DNA from: Minisyncoccota bacterium
Lineage (GTDB): Bacteria > Patescibacteriota > Minisyncoccia > Phycocordibacterales > UBA9973
Length of the DNA: 64,000 bases
NCBI GenBank assembly: GCA_041658325.1
Contig: JBBAAI010000001.1
Location: 27,427-91,426, forward strand
Reading direction: 5' to 3'
A model generated the notes under the pieces. The model worked only from the letters and a program-made list of their open reading frames with translations, searched no databases and was not told the origin of the DNA. Position 1 is the first letter of the stretch. Each line of letters begins with the position of its first letter. The translations under genes were made by a program, and so were the position numbers. Of the stretch, positions 9,970 through 23,289 are shown piece by piece.

Positions 9970-10632
9970 TTATTGATATTTTACCCGATAAGCCTTATTT
10001 GAACCAGCCGGAACATCTTTTATTTCTTCAAATTGAATATCCACTTCTCCCACCTTATTTCTAAAATCTTCGGTAAGCAATATCTCTCCTTTCTTAGAAA
10101 TATCTTCCCCAAGCTTCGAGGCAGCATTTACTTCCTCTCCGAAAACATCCTGATCCCCAATACGAAGCATATGTCCGTACCCTAGACCAACACATAACAA
10201 AACTTTTTCTTCTTCTGGCTTATCGACATTATATCCCGCAACTGTCTTTTGCATGGCGATAGCAGCTTCAAGCGCTCTTTTTGCATTTCTAAAAATTACC
10301 AAAAAACTATCACCTTCCGTCTTGAGTAGAATTCCTTCATGGTCTTCTAATACTGGTATCAAAATTCTTTGAGATTCAGAAATAGTTTGGAGAAAATGAA
10401 TAATACCGAACTTCGCTACGTGTCTTGAAAATCCAGAAAGATCTGTGAACATTACCACCCAATCCTCTCCGAAAAGATCCCAAATTCTCTGATCAATTTT
10501 TTCTTTGTTGGCTCCAGGAGCAAGACGTTCTAAAATAAGACCCTCTAAACGATCTTCGGACGCACTTACAATAATTTGTTTTTTATATGACATAAAGTTT
10601 ATTTTACTCCCTATAATTAGGGCACGCAACAA
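9970..10632 (-). CDS. class III adenylate/guanylate cyclase catalytic domain protein
   Basis: 220 aa; FTDLSGFS metal-binding start and EGDSFLVIF motif typical of CHD cyclases. Confidence 0.6.
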   Translation of the reverse strand: MLRALIIGSKINFMSYKKQIIVSASEDRLEGLILERLAPGANKEKIDQRIWDLFGEDWVVMFTDLSGFSRHVAKFGIIHFLQTISESQRILIPVLEDHEGILLKTEGDSFLVIFRNAKRALEAAIAMQKTVAGYNVDKPEEEKVLLCVGLGYGHMLRIGDQDVFGEEVNAASKLGEDISKKGEILLTEDFRNKVGEVDIQFEEIKDVPAGSNKAYRVKYQ

Positions 10633-10671
10633 AACCCGATCTTTCTAATCAGGCATTTTAGAATCAAGTGC

Positions 10672-10780
<109 letters not shown>

Positions 10781-10869
10781 ACACTGAAAACTCGATTTTC
10801 AATGTTTGTTTTTTAATTTACCCCGTAGTGAGCTTTGCTCTACTACTGGGGTTGTGATTTACAAATTTC

Positions 10870-14150
<3,281 letters not shown>

Positions 14151-14328
14151 AATCACAAATCCAAACTTTACGTTTGGAACAAACAAAGCCAGAATTAAAT
14201 TTTTTTCACGACCGCTCGCTACTAAAATATTTCTCTTGGCTTTTTCCTGTTTCCAATAAAAAAGACCCTTCTAACATTAGAACAGGAATTTAGTTTTCAA
14301 TATTCAAGCCTTGCTGTCAAACAAAAAA

Positions 14329-14343
14329 CCGCCTTTTGGGCGG
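14329..14343 (-). terminator. short GC hairpin + U-run upstream of rRNA unit
   Basis: ccgcc/ggcgg stem, followed on minus strand by TTTTTTGTTTG. Confidence 0.35.
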
Positions 14344-14445
14344 CCTGCACAGACAAAAGAAAAGTCTGTTATGGCCTGCCTTTTAAACTGTTTGTTGTGA
14401 TTATCATACTGATTAGAAGAGTATATTCTAAAACAAAAAAGATGT

Positions 14446-14472
14446 CAAGGAATGACATCTTTTTTGTAAAAA
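14446..14472 (-). terminator. rho-independent terminator after membrane protein gene
   Basis: gatgtca-aggaa-tgacatc hairpin flanked by A-run/T-run (bidirectional shape). Confidence 0.5.
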
Positions 14473-14497
14473 AACTTATTGTTTTTAGATTCAGTTT

Positions 14498-15184
14498 TTA
14501 ACCGTGAGTCTCTTCGCTGATCTTAGAAATGAATCTAGAAGCGTGATCTTTTGCACCCAAGCCAAAAGCCAGAGCTCCAGCCAATGCGAGCATAGCAACA
14601 ATGCCGGTAAAAAGAATACTCATGTAATCTCCTAGACCAAGCTTGCCGAGAGCAATGATGATAGCAAAAATCCAAACAGCGTATTTAGCAACAGCGCCGA
14701 GCATGTGGGCTGCTTTTAAATTCATAGCTTTTGCAGTAGCTAAAACCATCTTGGAAAGACCTTCAGAAACAACCGCAGCAATAATCAAAACAAAAGCAGC
14801 TATTACCACCTGAGGCAAGAAGGCAAGAACGCTTTCACTTAAGAAAGCAGAAACTTCATTTAATCCGACTAGATTAAGAGAAGGGAGAAGGAAGACGATT
14901 ATTATAAACCATCTTACTACTTGTCCAACAAAATATCCGGAATTAAGATTCATTCCAGCTTTTTTAAAGAAACCTTCTACTCCGATAGAGGCAAAAAGAC
15001 TATCTATCTTTAAGCTTCCAAATACTTGCTCAATAGCCTTTGCAATCAAAGAACCCAAAAACCAACCGATTACGAAGAAAACAACTGCTACGATAAGTAA
15101 CGGAGCAAACTGAACCAACCCAAACCACATATTTTGAAGTGATGCATTAAAAACATCTCCCCATGAAAGCCAAATGTTTGTCAT
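14498..15184 (-). CDS. polytopic membrane protein, conserved-TM-helix repeat type (possibly mechanosensitive-channel related)
   Basis: 228 aa, ~6 TM, internally repeated hydrophobic segments; no catalytic motif. Confidence 0.5.
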   Translation of the reverse strand: MTNIWLSWGDVFNASLQNMWFGLVQFAPLLIVAVVFFVIGWFLGSLIAKAIEQVFGSLKIDSLFASIGVEGFFKKAGMNLNSGYFVGQVVRWFIIIVFLLPSLNLVGLNEVSAFLSESVLAFLPQVVIAAFVLIIAAVVSEGLSKMVLATAKAMNLKAAHMLGAVAKYAVWIFAIIIALGKLGLGDYMSILFTGIVAMLALAGALAFGLGAKDHASRFISKISEETHG

Positions 15185-15261
15185 AATTAATTATTAACTA
15201 ATAAAAATACTTTTTTAAGTTTCGACCTTATTAAAGTTCTATCGCTATATTATATCAGTTT

Positions 15262-15843
15262 TTAAACTTTTTTTAAGACTTGTGTGGATAACTCTTTTGT
15301 CTGTAAAACAGTCTCGTGAGGGTAGTCTAATATGTCTCGAACCAATTTATCATACATATTTAAACGATAAATAAACTCTTTTGTGTCAAAAACAGCATAA
15401 GATAATTCCGTTCCAAGTTCAGCTTCAATTTTGCGAATTCCCTCTTCTATCTTATTTTTTTTCATTTTGTCTCCGACGATCAACAAATCTACCCGACTAT
15501 CATGTTTCTTTATAAAAATACCAGAAATTATAATGAGTTTAACTCGTCCAACTTTTTTGAAATTATCCAAAATGGCTTCTTTGCTTAAGGTATCTGAACC
15601 AAGTAACAAACCTTCAAATTCTTCTCCATATTTAAACAAGGAATTGAAAGACCAGTCTGTAGTGCGTTTTTTAATAAAATTAACAGCAGAAAGAAGTTTG
15701 AGTTCTCGACGAACAACATCGAGGCTTACTCGACTTCTTTTTACGATATCTTTGCTGGTAAAACCTTTACCCCTATTAAGCAAAAAAAGACGCATAATCT
15801 TCACTCGCGCCGAACTACCTAAAATTTTACCCAAAACTTCCAT
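15262..15843 (-). CDS. hypothetical protein with N-terminal winged-helix-like region
   Basis: ORF 15262..15921 trimmed to MEVLGKIL start because upstream part overlaps a perfect 34-nt terminator hairpin; SARVKIMRLFLLNRGKGFTSKDIV resembles wHTH. Confidence 0.45.
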   Translation of the reverse strand: MEVLGKILGSSARVKIMRLFLLNRGKGFTSKDIVKRSRVSLDVVRRELKLLSAVNFIKKRTTDWSFNSLFKYGEEFEGLLLGSDTLSKEAILDNFKKVGRVKLIIISGIFIKKHDSRVDLLIVGDKMKKNKIEEGIRKIEAELGTELSYAVFDTKEFIYRLNMYDKLVRDILDYPHETVLQTKELSTQVLKKV

Positions 15844-15877
15844 CGTTTTATTGTAAAGCTTTTTTGATAAAAAACAA

Positions 15878-15911
15878 GCAAGCCCCGTCGCTCGCGAGCG
15901 ACGGGGCTTGC
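15878..15911 (-). terminator. rho-independent terminator (perfect 34-nt palindrome) after secreted protein gene
   Basis: gcaagccccgtcgctcgcgagcgacggggcttgc followed on minus strand by TTGTTTTTTATC. Confidence 0.7.
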
Positions 15912-15937
15912 TAACACACATTCAGAATGTTTAATCG

Positions 15938-17002
15938 CTAGTTTACTGTGAAATTCATAACATTACTTGTACCATTTGCATTTATCACTGAAACTGGATA
16001 AACACCAGGTTGAATCATTCTAGTAGCAATCATACAAGCAGGAGTTGAGTGCAAACAAGCTACATAATAACTAGAAGGGACGGTAAATGTAATACTCTTG
16101 TTGTAGGGACATGGGTATTTAAAACAAACAATACTATTTGCGTTGAGATTGTAAGCTGGATCATTTTCAGTATTAGTATCCCCAAATTTAATTTTATTAC
16201 CCGTTGCCGTAAAATTATCACCGAAGATTGTAACTTGGCTACCGGTAACACCAGAAACTGCAGACAAAGAAGACAATACAGGAGCTGCAGTGATCACTTC
16301 TCCTACTTTCACACTCAAACTAGTACTTGCACTGCTATTGGGACACGGATATGCAACACATACGATATTATTCGTAACCGTAAATTTAGGTGTATATTTC
16401 CCTGCTACTTTATAAGTGTGAGTAAAGGTAGCAGTCTGCCCAAGTTCTGGATATTTGAATAAACCAGCTGAAGATGATGTTGCAGAAGCTTCATCTCCCC
16501 ATACGACAGAGTATGAAAGCGTTCCTCCATTTTTATCATAAGCTGTTACTGTCCAGGTCCCTTCTTGGTTTACATTTAATGTTTGTGGTCCACTTACTCC
16601 GCTAATAATCACAGAAGATTGGACACTGGGTATCGCATAACATTTCAAACCCGTAGTTCTACTATATCCAGAAGCTGACTCACAACCTTCTGGGAAATTT
16701 CCTGAGTTTCCACCACGAGCAACCCAATTAGCGCGTGACTTAGCGCCAAACATACCATCAGCCATTAATCCCCATTTTAATTGCCAAGCCTTAACAGCAT
16801 TTTTGGTTTTCGGACCAAATTTACCATCGGCGAAAAGTCCTAAACTTTTCTGCAAACAAGTAACTTCACTTCCTGTTGAACCCACACGAAGAGTACGGAA
16901 AATAGAACAATCAGGAACAGAAACTTCTGTTGCGCTAGACACCCTACCAAAGAACGTAAAAACAAAAACCAACACAGCTAAAAACAATATATATTTTTTC
17001 AT
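15938..17002 (-). CDS. secreted protein: signal peptide, peptidoglycan-binding-like domain, Ig/PKD-like beta domains
   Basis: 354 aa; N-terminal hydrophobic signal; LRVGSTGSEVTCLQKSLG...DGKFGPKTKNAVKAWQ matches PG_binding_1-type pattern and is paralogous to N-terminus of the 1120-aa protein. Confidence 0.6.
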   Translation of the reverse strand: MKKYILFLAVLVFVFTFFGRVSSATEVSVPDCSIFRTLRVGSTGSEVTCLQKSLGLFADGKFGPKTKNAVKAWQLKWGLMADGMFGAKSRANWVARGGNSGNFPEGCESASGYSRTTGLKCYAIPSVQSSVIISGVSGPQTLNVNQEGTWTVTAYDKNGGTLSYSVVWGDEASATSSSAGLFKYPELGQTATFTHTYKVAGKYTPKFTVTNNIVCVAYPCPNSSASTSLSVKVGEVITAAPVLSSLSAVSGVTGSQVTIFGDNFTATGNKIKFGDTNTENDPAYNLNANSIVCFKYPCPYNKSITFTVPSSYYVACLHSTPACMIATRMIQPGVYPVSVINANGTSNVMNFTVN

Positions 17003-17112
17003 AATTTTTATTCACCCCGCGAAAACGGGGCAAGTTAATTAATAATTATAATGAACTAATACCACATTATACTACTATATAAGACGTTATAATAAGTACT
17101 TTATTACAAATT

Positions 17113-17146
17113 AAAATACCCAAGTTTTAGCTTGGGTATTTTACCA
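17113..17146 (-). terminator. terminator downstream of rplL
   Basis: aaaatacccaag-ctaaaa-cttgggtatttt hairpin immediately 3-prime of rplL. Confidence 0.5.
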
Positions 17147-17163
17147 ATAAACTTTTTGGTTTA

Positions 17164-17535
17164 TTATTTAAGTTCAACTTTGCCCCCTGCTTCTTCCACT
17201 TTTTTCTTTAAGTCCTCTGCTTCCGCTTTCTTCATCCCATCTTTCAAGGTAGAAGGCGCAGCATCTACTAAATCTTTAGCATCTTTCAAGCCAAGACCGA
17301 GAGCTTCTTTAACAACTTTCATCACCGCGATTTTCTGTTCACCGGCAGAAGTAAGGACAACAGTAAATGCGTCTTTTTCTTCTACGGCTTCTGCTCCAGC
17401 AGCTGCACCCGCTCCTGCCACTGCTACTGCAGCAGCAGATACTCCGAACTTTTCCTCAATAGCCTTCACCAAGTCATTGAGTTCCAAGACTGATGCGCTC
17501 TCGAGATCTTTCATAAATGAATCAAATTTTGACAT
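17164..17535 (-). CDS. rplL: 50S ribosomal protein L7/L12
   Basis: 123 aa, Ala-rich hinge ([17 protein letters not shown]), C-terminal [16 protein letters not shown]...EAGGKVELK. Confidence 0.9.
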   Translation of the reverse strand: MSKFDSFMKDLESASVLELNDLVKAIEEKFGVSAAAVAVAGAGAAAGAEAVEEKDAFTVVLTSAGEQKIAVMKVVKEALGLGLKDAKDLVDAAPSTLKDGMKKAEAEDLKKKVEEAGGKVELK

Positions 17536-17666
17536 AATAATTTTTTGTTTAATTGTTAATGAGGATTATATTGTTTTTGAGACTTGCGCAGGCTGACTGA
17601 GCCGAGCATAGAAAATTTTTAACAAAAAATTATTCGTGTCTTAAAAATAATAAATCCGAATGACTA

Positions 17667-18146
17667 TTATTTTTTCTTCGCTACTTCGTTCACTGCTAAG
17701 GCCAATCGCTGCATTGGAGACTTAAGCAAGAATGCAATCTTAGAAAGTAAGACTTCCCTGCTTGGTATCGTTGCAAGCTCCATCATATAAGAACCATCAA
17801 CAAATTTCCCATCAAAAATTCCACCAAGAATATTCAACATACCTTTGTGGGTTTTTTGGAAATTATATACTTCGCGTGGTGAAGAAATGGCATCTTTAGA
17901 ATATGCAATTGCCACCTCGCCAGAAAGTTCAGGGATTTCCCCCGTAGCTTTACCCAAAAGAGCACGCTTGAGAAGTGTTTTCCTTGAGACTTTATAATTT
18001 ACCCCCTCTGCTCGAAGACTACTCCTTAGCTTCGTTTCATCGCTCACTTTTAAACCATGGAAATTAACAAAAACTAAAGATTCAGAGCTTTTTATTGCCC
18101 CCTCTAGGTCTTTGACCATTTCCTCTTTTTTTGATTTTTGCAACAT
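17667..18146 (-). CDS. rplJ: 50S ribosomal protein L10
   Basis: 159 aa, upstream of rplL in canonical order, L10 N-terminal pattern. Confidence 0.85.
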   Translation of the reverse strand: MLQKSKKEEMVKDLEGAIKSSESLVFVNFHGLKVSDETKLRSSLRAEGVNYKVSRKTLLKRALLGKATGEIPELSGEVAIAYSKDAISSPREVYNFQKTHKGMLNILGGIFDGKFVDGSYMMELATIPSREVLLSKIAFLLKSPMQRLALAVNEVAKKK

Positions 18147-18405
18147 AATGTTTTTTAAATTAAAAAAACGGCTCTAGCCGTCAGAATATCGACCCACTAA
18201 ACAGGACTTATTGTTTGCCTATTTTCTCTGCGGTAAATATAATATAGCACAATTCTGCTATTCTGCAACCTCTGTATTATCGTTTGCGTCTATCGTAATA
18301 GTTTCACCTTTGTCAAAATAATTTACAACAAAAACACCAACTAACCCTAGAATTATCATAAAAGCAAAAAGGGTTAGGGTCTTAAAAAAATGTTTAGTCA
18401 TTAAA

Positions 18406-18597
18406 CTAATTATACCCGTACTGAAACAAAATTACAAGAATAAGAAGAAGGACTAATATACCCAATAGGGTATATGTCCAATCAAGCAAAAAACCATGTT
18501 TCTCTAAAAAATTTTTAAACATCTTATATCCCTCTGTTATTATTAAAAACGGGAAAATAATAACAAAATAAAAGATTTTAAAAAATACTTGAAACAT
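18406..18597 (-). CDS. small membrane protein (63 aa)
   Basis: two hydrophobic helices; ORF only. Confidence 0.3.
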   Translation of the reverse strand: MFQVFFKIFYFVIIFPFLIITEGYKMFKNFLEKHGFLLDWTYTLLGILVLLLILVILFQYGYN

Positions 18598-18600
18598 TTT

Positions 18601-19068
18601 TTATTTCTGAATCAAAATCGTAGCGACATTTTGAGATTTACCACAATCCACATACCACGTAGCTGGCAAAGTAGCACTTGAAAGTTTTATAATTTTAAAA
18701 CCATAAGCCCCGACACTATACACCGAACCTATTTTGATAGAACGACTAACTGAAGCACGATTGTCGATCATCATATAAGAATTATTTTTGAATGTCATTT
18801 TGTCTGGGCTTGCCTGACATGCATTATCAAATTGAAGACGAGCATCTTTATATTTTACTAATGCATTTGTATAACTAATCGAGACTGCGGGAGAATTTGT
18901 GTTGGTATCACCAGAAGGAGTATCTGTTTTCGTCGTACTATCCTCGTCAATGGTAGCTGGAGCAGAAGCTGGTGTTGATTTCAACATAGACCAAAGTATC
19001 AAGCCAACGACAATTACTAAAATTACCGCTAAACTAATCCATAAATTTTTATTTTTTTTATCATCCAT
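18601..19068 (-). CDS. hypothetical membrane-anchored secreted protein
   Basis: 155 aa, N-terminal TM, Thr/Ser-rich linker. Confidence 0.45.
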   Translation of the reverse strand: MDDKKNKNLWISLAVILVIVVGLILWSMLKSTPASAPATIDEDSTTKTDTPSGDTNTNSPAVSISYTNALVKYKDARLQFDNACQASPDKMTFKNNSYMMIDNRASVSRSIKIGSVYSVGAYGFKIIKLSSATLPATWYVDCGKSQNVATILIQK

Positions 19069-19154
19069 AAAATTTTTTAATAACCAACTATAATCTCGAC
19101 CAAAAGACTATGACCCTTATTATATCATTTTATTAGGAGTAAAGATGCATCTGA

Positions 19155-20234
19155 CTAATTTTTGGTTCTAAAAGAGACAATGTCGCCCGCGACTGTGCCG
19201 TATTGATTTCTCCCCATTAGACGATAATAGTATCTCGTTCCCCTATTTAAACCAGTTATATTTGTTGATACACTCATATTACTATTCCCACCCGCAAGAA
19301 GCTGAGAGGAACTACTTCCTATCAATGAGCTAAGGGAAGAATTTTCACTATACTCAAACCAATACGTAGTTTCTGCATTATTTGGATTGATACTACCATT
19401 GAAAGTCACACTGGTAGTGGTAACACTTGAAGCTGAATTAGTATTTACGGAAGGAGCAGAAGGCACTACAGGACCAGCGGTGGTAAAGTTCAAAATTGTT
19501 CCATTCACTGTGCCATATTGATTTTGGGCATTCAAACGAAAATAGTATTTTGTAGATGGACTTAATCCAGAAATAGACGAGGATACAGAAACGGTTGTAT
19601 TTCCGCCTGCCAGTCTTTGCAAAACAGTAGATCGGCCGAAGTTGATATCTTTTCCATACTCAAACCAGTAATTTGTTTCTGCTTGATTTGGATTTATTTG
19701 ACCTCTTAGATTAGCGCTAGTGTTAAATATATCTGTAGCAGAAAGAGTATGAGATGTTGGCATCGAACCAGACGGAACGGGAGTATAGTTGGTAGTTAGA
19801 GTATAGGTAGCGCCATTTACAGTAGCAAAACGATTTTTTGCACTTAATCTAAAATAATAAGTAGTATTGGCTTTCAACCCCATGATATATGCTGGAGTAG
19901 AAACCAAAGAAAATCCAGAACCAATGTCTTGTAAAATTGTTTTATTTCCTAAAGATGCCGTCTCTCCATACTCAAACCAGTACGTAGTAGCTGCCCCATT
20001 GGGTCTCACTTTTCCATTTACCATTGCGGTAGAAATAGAAGCAGAATAATCTACACTTGTCTTTACAGTAGGAGCTTGTGGAGTAGTTCCCACCAGAGGA
20101 TCTGTCGTCGAAGAATCATCTGCCGGCAAAGCATTGTCTCCTTGGTCTTTTATGTTACCACCAAATATAAAAAACAAAACACCTAAGATAACGATTATTC
20201 CACCCAACAAACCAATAATTATGTTTTTATTCAT
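19155..20234 (-). CDS. surface protein with three tandem ~70-aa Fn3-like repeats (T[TN]YWFEYG...YYFRL)
   Basis: 359 aa, N-terminal TM; repeats ATTYWFEYGETASLGNKT..., AETNYWFEYGKDINFGRST..., AETTYWFEYSENSSLSS... each ending YY[FY]RL. Confidence 0.6.
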   Translation of the reverse strand: MNKNIIIGLLGGIIVILGVLFFIFGGNIKDQGDNALPADDSSTTDPLVGTTPQAPTVKTSVDYSASISTAMVNGKVRPNGAATTYWFEYGETASLGNKTILQDIGSGFSLVSTPAYIMGLKANTTYYFRLSAKNRFATVNGATYTLTTNYTPVPSGSMPTSHTLSATDIFNTSANLRGQINPNQAETNYWFEYGKDINFGRSTVLQRLAGGNTTVSVSSSISGLSPSTKYYFRLNAQNQYGTVNGTILNFTTAGPVVPSAPSVNTNSASSVTTTSVTFNGSINPNNAETTYWFEYSENSSLSSLIGSSSSQLLAGGNSNMSVSTNITGLNRGTRYYYRLMGRNQYGTVAGDIVSFRTKN

Positions 20235-20358
20235 AAAATGTTCCTAGTTAGCACCCTTTTATAGGGTTTTTAATAATAAGACACAAAAAACAAAAACCAC
20301 CTTTACCTTATGGAGACGAGTGGCTCTTGTTTATATTACATAAATTTAATATTTCTTC

Positions 20359-20715
20359 TTATTTATTTTGGGCGGCTAAAGTTTCAGCAATTTTACTGCT
20401 TGCTAAAAGTGGACCATAAAAGACAACGTTGTCTCTCTCTAAACGTAAACTTTCTGGCGCCCATAGCGCTTCACTTATCGGTTGAAGTTGGAAATTGTTT
20501 TTAGTCGGGTCAGTCGCATCTTTAGTAACTTGTAGAATATAACTATCTTTCAATTGAAAAATAGGAAAGGTAGTTAATTTACCGACATACACTTCACCAG
20601 TTGTTAAATAAACTACAGAATAAAAATCTGCGCGTTTTGCTTTAAATTGTAAAACACCTAAAATTACAATTATCAAAACTAGAACACCCACTATCACAAT
20701 ATTTTTTTTAGACAT
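20359..20715 (-). CDS. hypothetical N-terminally anchored protein
   Basis: 118 aa, single N-terminal TM. Confidence 0.4.
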   Translation of the reverse strand: MSKKNIVIVGVLVLIIVILGVLQFKAKRADFYSVVYLTTGEVYVGKLTTFPIFQLKDSYILQVTKDATDPTKNNFQLQPISEALWAPESLRLERDNVVFYGPLLASSKIAETLAAQNK

Positions 20716-20806
20716 CTTTTTTTCAGCCCAAGGCTAATCCGACTAAAGCGGAAACTATGTTTATAATAATACTATTATATACTATTCATTTATAAATACA
20801 AAAAAC

Positions 20807-20822
20807 TACTCCTTGGAGTAGT
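20807..20822 (-). terminator. rho-independent terminator after PG-binding surface protein gene
   Basis: ctactcc-tt-ggagtag hairpin flanked by A6 and T6. Confidence 0.5.
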
Positions 20823-20854
20823 TTTTTGCTAGTTTAAACTTTAAAGTTTAAATA

Positions 20855-21970
20855 TTATTGCACCGAAGCATTCATTTTTGCTTTGGTAGCAGGACCTACT
20901 AGACCATCTACTACTAGACCATGGTTCTTCTGCCATACTTTTATAACAGCAATAGTTTTGGAACCCAAAATACCATCTACTACTAGACCGAGATGAAGGG
21001 TATCATTCAAGAATCTTTGTAATTCTTTGACTGCTTCACCCCTACTCCCGTATTTTAAAGTAGTAGAACCAAAATTGTAAATTCTAGCTGTCGTACTAAC
21101 AGCATTTCCTACGCAAGATTGACCAGTCGTAGTACTGTAACCTGAAGTTCGAGTACCGCAACCTGCAATAACAGAAGATGTTGTTGTCGTGCTGACACAC
21201 AATGCTCCCGTGGTAGTGCTATACATGTTGCCGGCAGAACAACCTTCCACAGAGGTAGTACTCGTGGTTTGAGTCGTTCCTGTTCCAGAAACAGTAATAG
21301 TATCTGAAATAGCAGCAGATATGTTACCAGCAGCATCTTTGAATTTAGCATAGACTGTCTTTACTCCGTCTCCAGAGGTAAGTGTCCAAGCTCTACTTGT
21401 CGCATATGTTTCCCAAGATGCTCCAGCAAATCCTGCATCATTTGAGATGATCATGTTAGTAGCACCTGTGGCTCCGAGAGTTAGGGCAACGGCTAGTGTA
21501 GCTGTGGAAGTTGCTCCTGCGCTGATAGAGATAGAAGTATCTGTGGGAGGAGTGGTGTCTCCAGAGGATCCGCCACCGCCGCTACCTGCACTATACGCAC
21601 AAGCAGTAGCTGAAGGAGTAATGGTATAAGCCTGACTTCCAGTAGCAGTGATAACAACCCTAGAAGTAGTGTTACTGTTACATGTGATAATCACTCCAGT
21701 AGTAGGAGAAACTGCGAAATCACCGACAGCTACAGTAGAAAGAGTAAAGACGTCTCCTGAAGCAAGAGTCGGAACGATTGTTCCCGCATTTATTACTATA
21801 CTTGAAGCTGTTGAGCCAGAAGCGATAGTAACATTTATATCAGGAGAAGATAAATCAATAGTTTGATCCACACTCCATGTCAAATCTCCGGCTGCGGCAA
21901 AAGCAGATCCTGCTACAACAGCGAGAGACAATACAGCGATAAGTAAACCAATTTTTAATTTTTTAATCAT
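20855..21970 (-). CDS. secreted Thr/Ser-rich protein with C-terminal peptidoglycan-binding-like domain
   Basis: 371 aa, signal peptide, C-terminal YGSRGEAVKELQRFLN...DGILGSKTIAVIKVWQKNHGLVVDGLVGPATKAKM. Confidence 0.6.
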   Translation of the reverse strand: MIKKLKIGLLIAVLSLAVVAGSAFAAAGDLTWSVDQTIDLSSPDINVTIASGSTASSIVINAGTIVPTLASGDVFTLSTVAVGDFAVSPTTGVIITCNSNTTSRVVITATGSQAYTITPSATACAYSAGSGGGGSSGDTTPPTDTSISISAGATSTATLAVALTLGATGATNMIISNDAGFAGASWETYATSRAWTLTSGDGVKTVYAKFKDAAGNISAAISDTITVSGTGTTQTTSTTSVEGCSAGNMYSTTTGALCVSTTTTSSVIAGCGTRTSGYSTTTGQSCVGNAVSTTARIYNFGSTTLKYGSRGEAVKELQRFLNDTLHLGLVVDGILGSKTIAVIKVWQKNHGLVVDGLVGPATKAKMNASVQ

Positions 21971-22062
21971 TTTGTTTTTAATTTGTTAATACAGAATTCG
22001 ACCTAAAAGAAATCAGTCCAAAAATTCTGCATATTTTGATAATAGATTAATAAACAAAATAA

Positions 22063-23040
22063 TTATTCACCACCTACGCAAATATAATTCCAAGCAGCGG
22101 CAGTTGTGTCTGAAGCGTGTGTGATGGTCAATGCTGTTGTTGAGGTTGTACCCCAAACTCCACCAGCAGATCCTACCAATGCAGCAGCGGCTGAGTTATC
22201 AGCAGAAAATGTACAATAAGGAGCATTTGCATAAGCTTGTGCAAATGTTACGACAACTGTTGTGTGAGCAGTAGTATCACTTATAACATATCCAGCATGA
22301 TCAGTAGCATAAGCTGAAGCTGTTGGAGTACCTGCACTTTGTGTAAATGTTGGTTGAGCACCCAAGGTAACTACATGGCCAGTAAGATCAATACCACCAG
22401 TTCCAGAAGTTATAGCAACTGTGGTTGCACCAGTAGCATTACCAACGGTAATAGTCTTTGCGGCTGCGTCTGCACCGATGTTGATAGCACCAGTTCCTGT
22501 GATCAAACCAAGAGTTCCGTTAGTTGTAGTGATAGCTGATCCTCCAGTTCCTGTATTTATATTTACAGCAGTTGCGCCAGTAACGTTACCAACGGTAATA
22601 GTTCTTGCGGCTGCACCAGTACCAACATTGATATTTTGAGCAACAGCATCATTACCAATTCCGATAACTCCTGCTGAAGAATTCAATTCAAGAACTCCAG
22701 CTGCATCTACTAAAACAGTATCGGCAGAAGCAACAACGAAATCACCAGCGCCTGTTGTTGTAACAGTGCTTCCTCCAGTTCCTGTATTTATATTTACAGC
22801 AGTTGCGCCAGTGATATTACCAACGGTAATAGTTTTTGCGGCTGCGTCTGCACCCAAGTTGATAGCGTTTGCTCCTGAAACAAAACCCATAGCACCAGCA
22901 GAAGTAACAGTAAGGGCACCGTCACTTGTCACTGCCAAGGCAGCCATAGTAAGAGCTGCGTTCGCACTACCTGCTCCTACTCCTACGACGAGAAGAAGAG
23001 CCATCAAAACTAAACCTAAACCTTTAAATATATTTTTCAT
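22063..23040 (-). CDS. secreted Gly/Thr/Ala-rich repeat protein (3 copies of AAKTITVGN[IVA]TGAT[AT]V[NA]I[NT][TS]GTGG)
   Basis: 325 aa, signal peptide, DNA-level tandem repeats 22420-22900. Confidence 0.55.
   Translation of the reverse strand: MKNIFKGLGLVLMALLLVVGVGAGSANAALTMAALAVTSDGALTVTSAGAMGFVSGANAINLGADAAAKTITVGNITGATAVNINTGTGGSTVTTTGAGDFVVASADTVLVDAAGVLELNSSAGVIGIGNDAVAQNINVGTGAAARTITVGNVTGATAVNINTGTGGSAITTTNGTLGLITGTGAINIGADAAAKTITVGNATGATTVAITSGTGGIDLTGHVVTLGAQPTFTQSAGTPTASAYATDHAGYVISDTTAHTTVVVTFAQAYANAPYCTFSADNSAAAALVGSAGGVWGTTSTTALTITHASDTTAAAWNYICVGGE
22420..22900. repeat. intragenic imperfect tandem repeats (~140-230 bp units) inside Gly/Thr-rich protein gene
   Basis: near-identical blocks e.g. 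cggctgcgtctgcaccgatgttgatagc (22458) / cggctgcgtctgcacccaagttgatagc (22836); antisense ORFs translate same PPVPVFIFTAVAPV peptide twice. Confidence 0.6.
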
Positions 23041-23289
23041 ATTTTTTTCTAATAATTTTATCCACCTTATATGGCAGAAAAGTTAATAATAATAATAATT
23101 AATAAACATTGATAATATTTTTTTAATTACCCAATAATGCATTTAAGGATAATCAAAAACATTCAAAAGCGCATTCGACTCGCTAATGTATTTGTAATTA
23201 TACAACATAAAAAAAATATTAAAGCACAACGAGCATGTGGATAACTAAAAAACGAAGATTATATCTTCGTTTTTTGTAATTTTATTAAT

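Noticed and set aside
9743-9976. Plus-strand 77-aa ORF in the GC-rich island
   Set aside because: It has no ribosome-binding site. Its Arg/Ser-rich translation is typical of the antisense of GC-rich DNA. The minus-strand ORFs with perfect Shine-Dalgarno sequences are the credible reading.
17575-17625. Loose similarity among spacers containing gagccgagcatag-like strings (17601, 28870, 34423, 9461)
   Set aside because: Alignment is patchy, with fewer than 10 contiguous identities. The secondary structures are inconsistent among copies. It is probably a coincidence of GC-rich hairpin-forming terminator-like sequences.
18150-18400. Possible L10 (rplJ) autoregulatory leader and an unlisted 47-aa ORF (about 18260..18403, minus)
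   Set aside because: No recognisable L10-leader fold could be traced by eye. The mini-ORF has no RBS evidence, so it was left unannotated.
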